DNA of 64,000 nucleotides from Escherichia coli (GCF_001677475.2 NZ_CP015229.1), one strand, 5' to 3'; positions 31,880 to 44,472 are shown, counted from the stretch's first letter. Notes: generated by a model from the sequence alone, not told the origin. Numbers and translations: made by a program.

Positions 31880-32440
31880 TTACTCATAGGTGAAATTAAA
31901 CGTGACTTTGGCATCAAATGGGCCGATCGTGCCAGTATTTGGCGTAACTTCACGCATGGCTGCGCTTAAGTTTAATCCTTTACTCATTTCATCGGCCGTC
32001 CATACAATGGTGGTGTTATTATTTAAGCCAAAGTAGACATCGTCCGATGATGACTGGCGGCGGAAAGCAACGCCAATGTTTGAGGCCTTGCCAGTGGCTG
32101 AAGACGGTATGGCTAACACGGGTTGTTCGGTAGATGTTTTTTCCGCTTTTATTGTCGTTTTCAGTCCTGTAAGCCCATTACAGTTAGCAGGCTTCAATGT
32201 AAAGTTTGCCTGGCTCTCGGCACCTTTAGCACGCAATTGATCGAGACGAATATCGGGAATAGTTAGCTTATAGGCGTTCGTTCCTGCATTACTGATGTTT
32301 GAACCGCCATAGGGGATCACCGACATATCACAGGTTGGCTGTACGATTGTGGCGATGAACTTTACATCGACATCAACAGCGAACACCGGAGCGGTTAGCA
32401 TAAGTGCGCCTAAAGCAAAGGGAATACTTTTCCGTCTCAT
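31880..32440 (-). CDS. yadM: Fimbrial subunit-like protein
   Basis: 186-aa ORF with signal peptide; C-terminus ..FNFTYE. Confidence 0.8.
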   Translation of the reverse strand: MRRKSIPFALGALMLTAPVFAVDVDVKFIATIVQPTCDMSVIPYGGSNISNAGTNAYKLTIPDIRLDQLRAKGAESQANFTLKPANCNGLTGLKTTIKAEKTSTEQPVLAIPSSATGKASNIGVAFRRQSSSDDVYFGLNNNTTIVWTADEMSKGLNLSAAMREVTPNTGTIGPFDAKVTFNFTYE

Positions 32441-32462
32441 AGCTTTTCCAAAATTTGCGGAT

Positions 32463-35054
32463 TTAGCGAGTCACAGATACCGTACACAGTACGTTATCCA
32501 ACAACAGGGACCGGTTGCCACTTTCTTCAGTAGCTGTCATCGGAACCTGATAATGAGCAAGGCAATGCTGAGCTTGTCTGTTCTCATCGAACCAGTTCAC
32601 CCGCAACACCCCTTTATCTTCTATACCTCTGATAAAGGCCCGGTTACCCTGGCCGATATAACCAAGGACATTACCTTGTTCATCGGTGACATCTGCGGCA
32701 AACGGCAATGGCTGGCCGTCATTGCGGTGTAGGGTCACCATTGCTGAGCGCCCCTGGTCAGTTTCAAAGTTGGTCAGTGTGATAGCACCGTAGCGCGGTA
32801 CGGTGCGGGAACTGGTACTTTTTAGCTCGACATCGTTTTCCAGCCCTTTAATATCCAGGCTGATGTTATTTTCCTTGTAAGGCGATGCGGATGAGGAGAT
32901 GCCATATCCCCAGCGATCAATGGTATTGTTACCATAGTTTATTCGTGCGCCTGCAGCGCCAGGGGCTTTTACCAGAACCAATGTATCGCTGTCGCTGAAG
33001 CTGTCGCCAGAAAACGTAACTCCTCCCTGATGCAGAACAAAACCGCCGTCAGTGCTTAATGACATCTGACGGTTACTGTCAGTATCTGCACTTGCGGAAG
33101 CAGACAACGTTCCCCAGGGAGATTCGTAACTTATGTAGCCCCCGATATCAGCCAGATCGGTACTGTTTTTATTGATGATGTAATCAGTACTCACGCTGTA
33201 GCTGTATTTACCATCACCGCTGGCACCGTTGGTGCTGGCGCTGAAAGCGTGGCTGCCGTTAAAGTCGGTGTTCATTCGTGCGTCAACGTACTGGAAGCCA
33301 CTTTCACGTCGTTTACCACCAAACAATTTTTCGATAGGAAGGCTGACGCTCAGATAGAAACTATCATCCTGCTCGCCATCTTCATTCCAGGTACGCTGAA
33401 TGGAAGCACTCCAGGAGCCCCAATCCGTCCCTTTGCTGTAGCCCATTGAGTAGTAGCTCCGGCTGCTGCTTCCGCCCCAGTAATCTGTCCAGCTACCGTT
33501 CAGATAAAAAGAACCATAATCTATCTCTTTGAATTTCAACGGTTGATTGAGACTGATCGTAAACTGGTTGCGCAGACGCTGGTAAGTGTTCATCGTCTGC
33601 CGTTCATTGGCGGGTAGATGTTTGGCATCATCCTGTAGATTCAGTGCGTCATTGAGCCCCAGGTAGTTGCTGGTGGAGTAGCGATAAGCGGCAAGATTTA
33701 AAGACGTATTGGTCTCATTAAACATTTTGTTCCATGAGATACGGTAGCTCTGCCCTGTGTAGGTCTTGTCCTCATATATCCTGGCCTGAGATTGCGTCAC
33801 ATCAAACGACACGGCGCCAATTGACGTGTTTACCCCGACCCCTAACAGGAAGGCCTGGTAGTCAGCATCGGTGAGTTGAATGCCGGTGTAGCCAGTAAAG
33901 GTGTTGTTAATGCCGTAATACCATGTACCTTGTAGAAGATTGTAATCATCGCGAAGATCGTCGCGATCAATCTGCCCGCCGCTGATATCCCAGCGACCCA
34001 CGCCAGGGCGCAGCATCTGAATAACGGACGAGAAGGGTTGAGAGAAAGTGCGACGCGAACCATCTGCTTCCTCGATAGTGACTAACAGGTCGTTGCCGTA
34101 GCCGGAAGGGGAAATATCGTCGATGGCGAACTCACCCGGAGGAACGGTGCCTTCATAAATTTTGTAGCCGCCCTGTGTTACGGTAACCTTAGCGTTGCTG
34201 TTAGCAACACCACGGATAACAGGCGCAAATCCGGTCATTGACGGTGGCAACATGCGGTCGTCGCTATACAGGCGTACCCCTTTTATACTAACGGAGTCGA
34301 AAGTTTCCCCGGTTGTATAGGTTTCCCCGACCACTAATTGTGAGCGAATAAATGGCAGTTCACGCTGAAGATAGCTGTTCTGGAAATCCAGATTGCTGCC
34401 AATATCCTGCTGCCAACTGTAGTTACCGTTGCTTCTCAGATGCCAGTTTCCGAGGTTAATACCGGTATTGAAGGCGGTATAAAAAGTCTGGTTTTCGTCG
34501 TTATGCTGCGTGTTGCGCCAGGCATTCATACGATAGGAGAGCATGGCTGCATTTATACCATCCTCCCATAGTGAAGGATCAACATAGCCCTGGTAATTAC
34601 GCATGATCCAGACTTGTGGAACTGTCAGTTCCAGTTTTTGATCGTTAGTATCGAAATAAACCTGTGACTGTGGAATAGCTTTTGCGATATCAAGGCAATC
34701 ATCTGCGCTTTCATTGCGTTTTTGTAATACTGCTTCTCCGTCCCGGAGATCAGGTTGTTTTATATGAAGCTGACTCAGTATTTTTCGCGAAATACAGGCT
34801 TCGGCGTTTCTCTTGCCCACATCAATCATTTCGATGTTCAGGCTGCTGGCGGAAATATTATTGACGTAAACCTTTACGTCATAATTTCCAGGCATTGCCG
34901 GGTTGCCATCAGAATAGCGCGATAAGTCTATTCCTCTGGCGGAAGAGCCCATGAGAAAGCTTGGGTCGTACTCAATCGTCTCTGTTGCATTCGTGCTTTG
35001 GGCATAAATGCAGGAGAAGATAATAGCGATCCTTGTTAATTTACAATGAGCCAT
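32463..35054 (-). CDS. htrE: Outer-membrane fimbrial usher
   Basis: 863-aa ORF with usher family features (..YDPSFLMGSS.., ..GVRLYSDDRMLPP.., ..RWGYGISSS..). The exact start among the N-terminal Met codons is not resolved. Confidence 0.85.
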   Translation of the reverse strand: MAHCKLTRIAIIFSCIYAQSTNATETIEYDPSFLMGSSARGIDLSRYSDGNPAMPGNYDVKVYVNNISASSLNIEMIDVGKRNAEACISRKILSQLHIKQPDLRDGEAVLQKRNESADDCLDIAKAIPQSQVYFDTNDQKLELTVPQVWIMRNYQGYVDPSLWEDGINAAMLSYRMNAWRNTQHNDENQTFYTAFNTGINLGNWHLRSNGNYSWQQDIGSNLDFQNSYLQRELPFIRSQLVVGETYTTGETFDSVSIKGVRLYSDDRMLPPSMTGFAPVIRGVANSNAKVTVTQGGYKIYEGTVPPGEFAIDDISPSGYGNDLLVTIEEADGSRRTFSQPFSSVIQMLRPGVGRWDISGGQIDRDDLRDDYNLLQGTWYYGINNTFTGYTGIQLTDADYQAFLLGVGVNTSIGAVSFDVTQSQARIYEDKTYTGQSYRISWNKMFNETNTSLNLAAYRYSTSNYLGLNDALNLQDDAKHLPANERQTMNTYQRLRNQFTISLNQPLKFKEIDYGSFYLNGSWTDYWGGSSSRSYYSMGYSKGTDWGSWSASIQRTWNEDGEQDDSFYLSVSLPIEKLFGGKRRESGFQYVDARMNTDFNGSHAFSASTNGASGDGKYSYSVSTDYIINKNSTDLADIGGYISYESPWGTLSASASADTDSNRQMSLSTDGGFVLHQGGVTFSGDSFSDSDTLVLVKAPGAAGARINYGNNTIDRWGYGISSSASPYKENNISLDIKGLENDVELKSTSSRTVPRYGAITLTNFETDQGRSAMVTLHRNDGQPLPFAADVTDEQGNVLGYIGQGNRAFIRGIEDKGVLRVNWFDENRQAQHCLAHYQVPMTATEESGNRSLLLDNVLCTVSVTR

Positions 35055-35102
35055 CTTTTTTTTTATACTCGCATCGCAAAAAAATCATCAATAAAATCAG
35101 GT

Positions 35103-35831
35103 TTAAAGATTGCTTTCACCTTTAATTTCACTGCCATAATCACTAATTGCTGAATAGCGTAATTTTGCGCCGCCTATAGATGTTTGTAGCCCTTGCACAC
35201 TAAAATCGCTATTGCTATTTGGAGCTATCATAGAAGTATTTACAACATAAGACTTTGTACCTGATACAACATCAACGGCTGAAAATGAGACATAGTATGG
35301 AGTAGGGTTAGTTACTTTGATTTTATTACCGCTCCATTGCCATTTTAATTGGGATGGCGCCGTAAACGGATCACCACTTAACCCCTCCGGTCGGTAAAAT
35401 AATTTAATGCGCGTACGGAAAGCCAGTTGCAGAAGATTTTTATTTTCAGCTTCTTTATCTTTTACTTTAGGCGGTACTTCCAGCACATTAAACCAAAAGA
35501 CACTTTCGCGATCTTTTGGTAACGTCTGGCTATTCGTATAGGTGATTGTCACTGTCTGACCGCGTTTCGGGTCGATGCGTGAAACCGGGGGGGTAGCGTT
35601 AAACGGAACTTTAATGGTCGCCGGATCGGCATTATCGTCACCCGTATCCAGCCATGACTGGACCAGTAATGGACGCGAGCCTTTATTTTCCAGGCGCATA
35701 GTGACATTCTTGTCTTTTTCTTTATAAATAACACGTGTTCCGTTAATGACAATATCAGCCTGCGCAACTGATGCGAAAACAGATAAAGTACTTGCAAGTA
35801 ATAGCGGAATAATTTTCTGATAAATCTGCAT
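35103..35831 (-). CDS. yadV: Periplasmic fimbrial chaperone (PapD-like)
   Basis: MQIYQKIIPLLLASTLSVFASVAQADIVINGTRVIYKE..; the ATG at 35831 is preceded by AGGAGAG and the ORF-track start at 35861 is an extension. Confidence 0.8.
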   Translation of the reverse strand: MQIYQKIIPLLLASTLSVFASVAQADIVINGTRVIYKEKDKNVTMRLENKGSRPLLVQSWLDTGDDNADPATIKVPFNATPPVSRIDPKRGQTVTITYTNSQTLPKDRESVFWFNVLEVPPKVKDKEAENKNLLQLAFRTRIKLFYRPEGLSGDPFTAPSQLKWQWSGNKIKVTNPTPYYVSFSAVDVVSGTKSYVVNTSMIAPNSNSDFSVQGLQTSIGGAKLRYSAISDYGSEIKGESNL

Positions 35832-35917
35832 CTCTTCTCTCCTTGAAAAACGCAAAATCATAAATAAGAGGCTGCAAGCACAGCCTCTTAATACAATTAA
35901 TTCAACTCTAATAAAAA

Positions 35918-36496
35918 TTAATTGTAAGTTAAGGTATAGGTGCTGTTAGTTTTCACATGACCAGAGGTCACGGTGGCATTAGCATCAGACTTCACATAAG
36001 ATGCTTTTAAATGGAAGTTCGCAACATGAGTGGTGGTGTCGAATGCTTCAGTGATCTGGTTGCTCGGGTTATTCACTTCGACCAGATTCAGTGCGCCAGT
36101 ATTATTTACATGGTGCAGAGCGATATCGACATTACCAGCTGGATCCTGAACTGAGCCATCATTACTCAAAGTACCCTGGTTAGAGTTATGGTACATAGAA
36201 CTGAAACTCATGACTGCGTTTTGAGCCGTTGCATTACCTGTCGCACAATCAACTTTAATATTAATATCTTCCGGGAATCCACCTGCAGCAGTTTTGCTCA
36301 TTGCCGGGACATCAGCAATTTGTGCAGTCTGTAGCATAACCGTAACGTCTTTACCGCCACCATTTATTGTCGTTACACAAGTACCAGCGGTAACAAAACC
36401 ACCGATATTCAACTGCCCACCGTCAACACCAGCCATTACTGAAACGGCTGAAAGGGAAGATGCTGCTAATACGATGGCAAGTAGCTTTTTGTTCAT
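35918..36496 (-). CDS. yadN: Major fimbrial subunit-like protein
   Basis: 192-aa ORF MNKKLLAIVLAASSLSAVSVMA.. ending ..YTLTYN; first gene of the yad operon. Confidence 0.8.
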   Translation of the reverse strand: MNKKLLAIVLAASSLSAVSVMAGVDGGQLNIGGFVTAGTCVTTINGGGKDVTVMLQTAQIADVPAMSKTAAGGFPEDINIKVDCATGNATAQNAVMSFSSMYHNSNQGTLSNDGSVQDPAGNVDIALHHVNNTGALNLVEVNNPSNQITEAFDTTTHVANFHLKASYVKSDANATVTSGHVKTNSTYTLTYN

Positions 36497-37097
36497 TAAA
36501 ATTCTCCATAAAAAAAGAGAGACGAATCAATAACAAATATTAATTTATTGTTATTCTACGTCTTCCAAAAACGCGGCAGAGACTAGCAATATAAGGATGA
36601 AAATAAAAATTGATGGTGTGAATGATTTGGGGTGATTTATTGATTTACCTTCCCTTGCATTCATCATTTGAATAGCTATTTATTTTAGAGCAAGCGGTTA
36701 GGTGAGTATAAGAGTGTTTATAAGGGTGGTTTGATTTGTAACTCATTGATTTTTTTAATTTTATTATTTTTCTTGTGATTGATTGTAGTGTGTCATTTTT
36801 ATTATATATATATTTTAGTGTGTCATTTTGTATGCATTAGTTTTTCTGTATTTACATATTAGATTATCTTAATATAAAGTTTAATATTATTAATATATAC
36901 GTTAATTTTCATGTGTTTTTTTTGCCCATTTGTGCCTTTCTTGGGGGAATCTCACTTTTTTTTGATCTTAATTATCTAAAAGAAGAAAGGAATTTTAACC
37001 ATAAAGATTATGACTGGCATATCAGAGGCAAGAACCAGATTACTGATGCGTATTTCACTACGCATACTAGCTTGAATAATTAGAAAGGGGAGGGTGA
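36497..37097 (-). promoter_or_regulatory. About 600-bp AT-rich non-coding region upstream of the yad fimbrial operon (likely promoter, probable nucleoid-protein silencing target)
   Basis: No ORF of 60 aa or more; strongly AT-rich with poly-A/T tracts, (TA)n runs and a direct repeat TAGTGTGTCATTTT at about 36786 and 36816. Confidence 0.5.
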
Positions 37098-37577
37098 TTA
37101 CCAGCGTGGTAAGGGACAAGAAGCATTGCTCGTTAATAAACTTTGCAATGTCTCTCCATCAGGGAAAATTAATTCCGGCGCAATCTCAAACAGCGGCCAC
37201 AGCATAAATCCACGATTTTTCATATCGTAGTGCGGAACGGTCAGGCGCTCGGTGTTAATCACCTGATTGCCAAACAACATAATGTCTAAATCGAGCGTGC
37301 GCGGCCCCCAGCGTTCGGCTTTACGGACGCGACCTTGCTGCAATTCAATACGCTGTGTGTGATTGAGTAACTCTTCGGGCGCGAGTGCGGTTTCCAGCGC
37401 CACGGCGGCGTTGAGGTAATCAGGTTGATCCTGCGGCCCCAGCGGTGGAGTGCGGTAAAACGAAGAAACGGCAAGAATGCAGCTTTCAGGGATATCACCG
37501 ATTGCTTTCACGGCAGCATTGACCTGCTCCAGTGGAGAGGCCAGATTGCTGCCTATGGCAATATACGCCACTGTCAT
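37098..37577 (-). CDS. folK: 2-amino-4-hydroxy-6-hydroxymethyldihydropteridine pyrophosphokinase
   Basis: 159-aa [41 protein letters not shown].. Confidence 0.93.
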   Translation of the reverse strand: MTVAYIAIGSNLASPLEQVNAAVKAIGDIPESCILAVSSFYRTPPLGPQDQPDYLNAAVALETALAPEELLNHTQRIELQQGRVRKAERWGPRTLDLDIMLFGNQVINTERLTVPHYDMKNRGFMLWPLFEIAPELIFPDGETLQSLLTSNASCPLPRW

Positions 37578-38971
37578 GCGGTGCCCTCACGACGCGGCGC
37601 GCGTTTGCGTGGGCGACGAGTACGACGACGCGTTGACGGTTCCTCGTCCAGTTCGTTAAGCATCCCTTTTTGATCTGGTGGCGCGGAAACCTGGAACTCC
37701 CCCCACCATTTCACCAGACGCTGCAGTTCAGCGTTACGTTCAACTTCAGCTCGCAAGGCCAACAGGTCATAAGCCGCACGGAACTTAGGATGCTCCAGCA
37801 GTTTCCATGCGCGTTTACCCTGACGTCGGGACATACGCAACTGCAACTGCCAGATATCGCGGGTTAACGTCGTCAGACGTTTCGGGATTGCCAGTGAACG
37901 GCAGGCTTCGTCCAGCACGTCGTTCATCGCCAGCGCGAAAGCGTCGTGATAGGTCAGGCCACTCTCCTGAGCGATCTTCTGTGCCGTCTCCAGCAGCGGA
38001 TACCAGAACATGGCGGCAAACAAGAACGCCGGGTTCACACGCATATCGTTATGGATACGCGTGTCGGTATTCTTCAGTACCTGCTCAATAATGCGCTCCA
38101 TCGGACTGTCGCCATTTTCCGTGAAGTAACGGGTAATGGTCGGGAACAGCGGCTGGAACAGATGATATTCACACAGCAGTTTATAGGTTTCGTAACCGTA
38201 TCCCGCTTGTAGCAGTTTAAGAGACTCTTCAAACAGGCGTGCCGGAGGAATATCGTTCAATAAGGTAGCGAGGCGGGGGATCGGTTCTGCGGTTTCTGGG
38301 CTGATGCGCATCCCCAGTTTTGCAGCAAAACGTACCGCGCGCAGCATCCGTACCGGATCTTCACGGTAGCGCGTTTCCGGATTACCAATCAGACGGATAA
38401 CGCCGTCTTTCAGATCCTTCATGCCGCCAACGTAATCGCGAACGGTAAAATCCGCGACGCTGTAATACAGGCTGTTGATAGTGAAATCGCGGCGCTGGGC
38501 GTCTTCTTCGATGGAACCGAAAATGTTGTCGCGTAGCAACATGCCGTTTTGCCCGCGTTGGGAGGTTGTGCGGTCGCTGACGTTACCTTCGTGGTGTCCA
38601 CGGAAGGTTGCGACTTCGATAATCTCCGGGCCAAACATCACATGAGCAAGACGGAAACGGCGACCCACCAGGCGGCAGTTACGGAATAGTTTACGCACCT
38701 GCTCAGGCGTAGCGTTGGTGGTCACGTCAAAATCTTTCGGCTTTTTGCCAAGTAACAGGTCGCGCACGCCGCCGCCAACCAGCCAGGCTTCGTATCCCGC
38801 TTTATTGAGCCTGTACATTACCTTCAGGGCATTTTCACTGATATCTTTGCGGGAGATAGCATGTTGCTCACGCGGGATCACCGTCACCTGGGGACGGGCG
38901 GCAGCCTGTTCAGCCTCGCTTTCCTCGCGGCTTAGCACCTTGCGGCAAAAATTAGCGACTCGGGTAAAAAT
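37574..38971 (-). CDS. pcnB: Poly(A) polymerase I
   Basis: ..[21 protein letters not shown].. nucleotidyltransferase with Arg/Lys-rich C-terminus. Start set at the AUU codon (38971-38969) known to initiate pcnB translation; the ORF track begins at an upstream TTG (38992). Confidence 0.88.
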   Translation of the reverse strand: MFTRVANFCRKVLSREESEAEQAAARPQVTVIPREQHAISRKDISENALKVMYRLNKAGYEAWLVGGGVRDLLLGKKPKDFDVTTNATPEQVRKLFRNCRLVGRRFRLAHVMFGPEIIEVATFRGHHEGNVSDRTTSQRGQNGMLLRDNIFGSIEEDAQRRDFTINSLYYSVADFTVRDYVGGMKDLKDGVIRLIGNPETRYREDPVRMLRAVRFAAKLGMRISPETAEPIPRLATLLNDIPPARLFEESLKLLQAGYGYETYKLLCEYHLFQPLFPTITRYFTENGDSPMERIIEQVLKNTDTRIHNDMRVNPAFLFAAMFWYPLLETAQKIAQESGLTYHDAFALAMNDVLDEACRSLAIPKRLTTLTRDIWQLQLRMSRRQGKRAWKLLEHPKFRAAYDLLALRAEVERNAELQRLVKWWGEFQVSAPPDQKGMLNELDEEPSTRRRTRRPRKRAPRREGTA

Positions 38972-39030
38972 AGTACACCTCGGTAGTGTCAAACATCATT
39001 CAGGACAAAAAAATAGCGGCTAATCATAGC

Positions 39031-39957
39031 TCAGCATGACGCATTTGAGAATGTTGAATTTACAATTGCCGACTCAGGCACGGCGGTAAGCCGCCAGTTT
39101 TTGACGGCTGACTGAAGGATTTGCTCGACGCTGAAATCCTGCCAGTGTGTTTCTGTCTGCTGACCCAAAAATTGAAGCGCGGCGATTAACACCGGGCGCG
39201 GATCGCCTTTCGGTAACGCAGGCGCATGATTCTGCTTGGAAAGTTTAGCGCCTTGTGCGTTAAGCGCCAGCGGTAAATGAATGTAATCTGGCTCCTGCCA
39301 GCCAAAAAGTTGGTACAGCGAGATTTGTCGCACCGTCGGTTCAATCAAATCTGCGCCACGGACAATTTCGCTCACGCCCTGGAAGTGATCGTCAACCACC
39401 ACCGCCAGGTTATAGGCGAACAAACCATCACGGCGATGAATAATAAAATCTTCCCGCGCCAGTTTTTCGTCGGCGTGAATAATACCGCGCAACAGATCGG
39501 TAAACTGGGTGACCGGATGCTGCTGGCGGATGCGTACTGCGGCGTTTTCTGAACCATGATGTAATTCACGGCAATGACCGTCGTAAATACCGCCAATGCT
39601 GTGAATACGCGCACGCGTACAGGTGCAGTAATAACTTAGCCCTTGCTCACGTAACCAGGCGAGTGCTTCGCGATAGGCGTCATGACGTTGCGATTGCCAG
39701 AGAACATCGCCGTCCCAGTGCAGACCGTAATGTTCCAGCTGGCGCAGGATTGTCTCTGCGGCACCGGGAACTTCACGAGGCGGGTCGATATCTTCAATGC
39801 GTACCAGCCAGCGACCTTGCCGGGCGCGTGCCTGTAGATAGCTACCAAGCGCGGCAATCAGAGAGCCAAAATGAAGCTCGCCGGAAGGAGAGGGGGCGAA
39901 GCGACCAATATAGTGTGTGTCTGTCATCTCGTTGAACAAAAAATAAGGCGGGAGCAT
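39031..39957 (-). CDS. gluQ: Glutamyl-Q tRNA(Asp) synthetase
   Basis: 308-aa ORF ..[30 protein letters not shown].. (class I HIGH-like motif); truncated GluRS paralog. Confidence 0.9.
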   Translation of the reverse strand: MLPPYFLFNEMTDTHYIGRFAPSPSGELHFGSLIAALGSYLQARARQGRWLVRIEDIDPPREVPGAAETILRQLEHYGLHWDGDVLWQSQRHDAYREALAWLREQGLSYYCTCTRARIHSIGGIYDGHCRELHHGSENAAVRIRQQHPVTQFTDLLRGIIHADEKLAREDFIIHRRDGLFAYNLAVVVDDHFQGVSEIVRGADLIEPTVRQISLYQLFGWQEPDYIHLPLALNAQGAKLSKQNHAPALPKGDPRPVLIAALQFLGQQTETHWQDFSVEQILQSAVKNWRLTAVPESAIVNSTFSNASC

Positions 39958-39993
39958 TTCCCGCCTGTGGTAAACGTGATGGAACGGCTGTAA

Positions 39994-40449
39994 TTAGCCA
40001 GCCATCTGTTTTTCGCGAATTTCAGCCAGCGTTTTGCAGTCGATGCACAGATCGGCTGTCGGGCGCGCTTCCAGACGACGAATACCAATTTCAACACCGC
40101 AGGATTCGCAGTAGCCGAAATCTTCGTCTTCCACTTTTTTCAGCGTCTTCTCGATCTTTTTGATCAGCTTACGCTCGCGATCGCGGTTACGCAGTTCGAG
40201 GCTGAACTCTTCTTCTTGGGCTGCACGGTCTACCGGGTCCGGGAAGTTGGCTGCTTCATCCTGCATATGTGTAACGGTGCGATCGACTTCATCCCTGAGT
40301 TGATTACGCCATGCTTCCAGAATACGACGGAAGTGCGCCAGCTGGGCTTCATTCATATACTCTTCGCCCGGCTTCTCCTGATATGGTTCCACCCCAGCGA
40401 TGGCGAGAATACTCAGGGACGATGTTTTACGGTTTTGCCCTTCTTGCAT
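39994..40449 (-). CDS. dksA: RNA polymerase-binding transcription factor DksA
   Basis: 151-aa product [26 protein letters not shown].. with C4 zinc finger [12 protein letters not shown]. Confidence 0.95.
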   Translation of the reverse strand: MQEGQNRKTSSLSILAIAGVEPYQEKPGEEYMNEAQLAHFRRILEAWRNQLRDEVDRTVTHMQDEAANFPDPVDRAAQEEEFSLELRNRDRERKLIKKIEKTLKKVEDEDFGYCESCGVEIGIRRLEARPTADLCIDCKTLAEIREKQMAG

Positions 40450-40626
40450 GTTGCTTCTCCTTAACACGCACTATCGATCCCCATGTTCGGGGGAAAAATG
40501 AGGCCGCTATAAATAGCAGATGCTTTTCCGGATAGCAATTATCTAAACGTAACACTTGACAACTGTGTGAGGAAAAGCGTATTTGCGCACGCGACCAGAA
40601 TGTAAATTAACCAGTTACATACTTTA

Positions 40627-41876
<1,250 letters not shown>

Positions 41877-41949
41877 GTGAGGCACTCGGTTATGAATTAC
41901 CGCGATGCTACAATGTGGCGCGAAGAATGTTAACCCTCTGGAGCGTTTT

Positions 41950-44379
41950 GTGTCGTCGTTGCCCGTTGCTGCCGTCTTACCTGAGTTACTTGCTGCCCTC
42001 GATGGTGCACCGCAGGTGTTATTAAGTGCGCCGACCGGGGCCGGGAAATCAACCTGGCTGCCGCTGCAACTGCTGGCGCATTCAGCTATTCACGGGAAAA
42101 TCATTCTGCTGGAGCCGCGTCGTCTGGCGGCGCGTAACGTTGCGCAACGGCTGGCGGAGCTGCTTAACGAAAAGCCAGGCGATACCGTTGGCTACCGGAT
42201 GCGTGCGCAAAACTGCGTCGGGCCGAATACCCGCCTGGAAGTGGTTACCGAAGGCGTGCTGACGCGCATGATCCAGCGTGACCCGGAACTGAGCGGTGTT
42301 GGATTGGTGATCCTTGATGAATTTCATGAGCGCAGCTTGCAGGCGGATTTGGCGTTGGCGCTGTTACTCGATGTGCAACAAGGTCTGCGTGATGACCTTA
42401 AACTGCTGATTATGTCGGCTACGCTGGACAACGACCGCTTGCAGCAAATGCTGCCGGAAGCGCCCGTCGTCATCTCAGAAGGGCGCTCGTTTCCGGTTGA
42501 ACGCCGTTATTTACCGCTGCCCGCGCATCAGCGTTTTGACGAAGCCGTTGCGGTAGCCACCGCCGAAATGCTGCGTCAGGAAAGTGGATCATTACTGTTA
42601 TTTTTACCTGGCGTCGGAGAAATTCAGCGTGTGCAGGAACAACTGGCTTCGCGTATCGGCAGTGATGTGTTGCTCTGCCCGCTATATGGCGCGTTGTCGC
42701 TGAACGATCAGCGAAAAGCGATCCTTCCGGCACCGCAAGGAATGCGCAAAGTGGTGCTGGCGACCAATATTGCTGAAACCAGTTTAACCATCGAAGGTAT
42801 TCGTCTGGTGGTGGATTGTGCTCAGGAAAGGGTGGCGCGCTTTGATCCGCGCACGGGGCTTACGCGACTGGTTACTCAACGCGTTAGTCAGGCATCCATG
42901 ACGCAGCGTGCCGGGCGCGCCGGGCGTCTGGAGCCGGGTATCTGCCTGCATTTAATCGCCAAAGAACAAGCAGAACGCGCTGCCGCGCAAAGTGAACCGG
43001 AGATCTTACAAAGCGATCTTTCCGGTTTGCTGATGGAATTACTGCAATGGGGATGCAGCGATCCGGCGCAGATGAGCTGGCTGGATCAACCGCCAACGGT
43101 GAATCTACAGGCCGCGAAACGGCTGTTACAAATGCTGGGGGCGCTGGAGGGTGAACGGCTTAGCGCACAAGGGCAAAAAATGGCAGTGCTGGGTAGCGAT
43201 CCGCGTTTAGCGGCAATGCTGGTGAGCGCGAAGAGCGACGACGAAGCTGCTACCGCTGCAAAAATTGCCGCCATTCTCGAAGAGCCGCCACGGATGGGCA
43301 ATAGTGACCTGGGCGTGGCGTTTTCGCGCAATCAACCAGCCTGGCAGCAACGTAGTCAGCAACTGTTAAAACGTTTAAACGTACGCGGCGGTGAGGTAGA
43401 CAGTTCGCTTATCGCGCCGCTACTTGCCGGAGCGTATGCCGATCGCATTGCTCGTCGCCGTGGGCAAGATGGACGCTATCAACTGGCGAACGGCATGGGG
43501 GCGATGCTCGATGCCGACGATGCGCTAAGCCGCCACGAATGGTTGATTGCACCGTTATTATTGCAGGGCAGCGCCTCGCCGGATGCGCGGATTTTACTGG
43601 CGCTGCCGGTCGATATTGATGAATTAGTACAACGCTGTCCGCAGCTGGTACAGCAGTCTGACACTGTGGAGTGGGATGACGCGCAAGGTACGCTGAAAGC
43701 CTGGCGTCGGCTGCAAATCGGTCAGTTGACGGTGAAAGTGCAGCCACTGGCGAAACCCTCGGAAGACGAGTTGCATCAGGCGATGCTTAACGGCATCCGT
43801 GATAAAGGTTTAAGCGTGCTCAACTGGACGGCGGAAGCGGAACAGCTACGCTTGCGTTTGTTATGCGCCGCAAAGTGGTTGCCGGAATATGACTGGCCAG
43901 CGGTTGATGATGAGAGTTTGTTGGCGACGCTGGAAACGTGGCTACTGCCGCATATGAGCGGCGTGCATTCACTACGTGGCCTGAAATCACTCGACATTTA
44001 TCAGGCACTACGCGGATTACTTGATTGGGGAATGCAGCAACGTCTGGATAGTGAATTGCCTGCGCATTACACTGTGCCGACGGGAAGCCGGATCGCCATT
44101 CGTTATCATGAAGATAACCCGCCCGCGCTGGCGGTGAGAATGCAGGAGATGTTTGGTGAGGCCACCAATCCGACGATCGCCCAAGGGCGCGTGCCGCTGG
44201 TGCTGGAGTTGCTTTCCCCTGCCCAAAGGCCATTACAAATCACACGAGATTTGAGCGCCTTCTGGAAAGGAGCGTACCGTGAGGTGCAAAAAGAGATGAA
44301 AGGGCGTTATCCCAAACATGTCTGGCCGGACGACCCGGCAAATACTGCACCGACGCGACGGACGAAAAAGTATTCGTGA
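41950..44379 (+). CDS. hrpB: ATP-dependent RNA helicase HrpB (DEAH-box)
   Basis: ..SSLPVAAVLPELLAALDGAPQVLLSAPTGAGKST.. with Walker A and DEFH motifs. Start placed at GTG 41950 to give the ~809-aa native product; the exact start is uncertain. Confidence 0.85.
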   Translation: MSSLPVAAVLPELLAALDGAPQVLLSAPTGAGKSTWLPLQLLAHSAIHGKIILLEPRRLAARNVAQRLAELLNEKPGDTVGYRMRAQNCVGPNTRLEVVTEGVLTRMIQRDPELSGVGLVILDEFHERSLQADLALALLLDVQQGLRDDLKLLIMSATLDNDRLQQMLPEAPVVISEGRSFPVERRYLPLPAHQRFDEAVAVATAEMLRQESGSLLLFLPGVGEIQRVQEQLASRIGSDVLLCPLYGALSLNDQRKAILPAPQGMRKVVLATNIAETSLTIEGIRLVVDCAQERVARFDPRTGLTRLVTQRVSQASMTQRAGRAGRLEPGICLHLIAKEQAERAAAQSEPEILQSDLSGLLMELLQWGCSDPAQMSWLDQPPTVNLQAAKRLLQMLGALEGERLSAQGQKMAVLGSDPRLAAMLVSAKSDDEAATAAKIAAILEEPPRMGNSDLGVAFSRNQPAWQQRSQQLLKRLNVRGGEVDSSLIAPLLAGAYADRIARRRGQDGRYQLANGMGAMLDADDALSRHEWLIAPLLLQGSASPDARILLALPVDIDELVQRCPQLVQQSDTVEWDDAQGTLKAWRRLQIGQLTVKVQPLAKPSEDELHQAMLNGIRDKGLSVLNWTAEAEQLRLRLLCAAKWLPEYDWPAVDDESLLATLETWLLPHMSGVHSLRGLKSLDIYQALRGLLDWGMQQRLDSELPAHYTVPTGSRIAIRYHEDNPPALAVRMQEMFGEATNPTIAQGRVPLVLELLSPAQRPLQITRDLSAFWKGAYREVQKEMKGRYPKHVWPDDPANTAPTRRTKKYS

Positions 44380-44472
44380 AGACCAAAGCAAATTTGAGAG
44401 ATATCTTCTTCTGTCTTGCCACAGAAGAACAGAAAATCGGGCTTTTGCGCCTGAATATTGCGGAGAAAAAGC

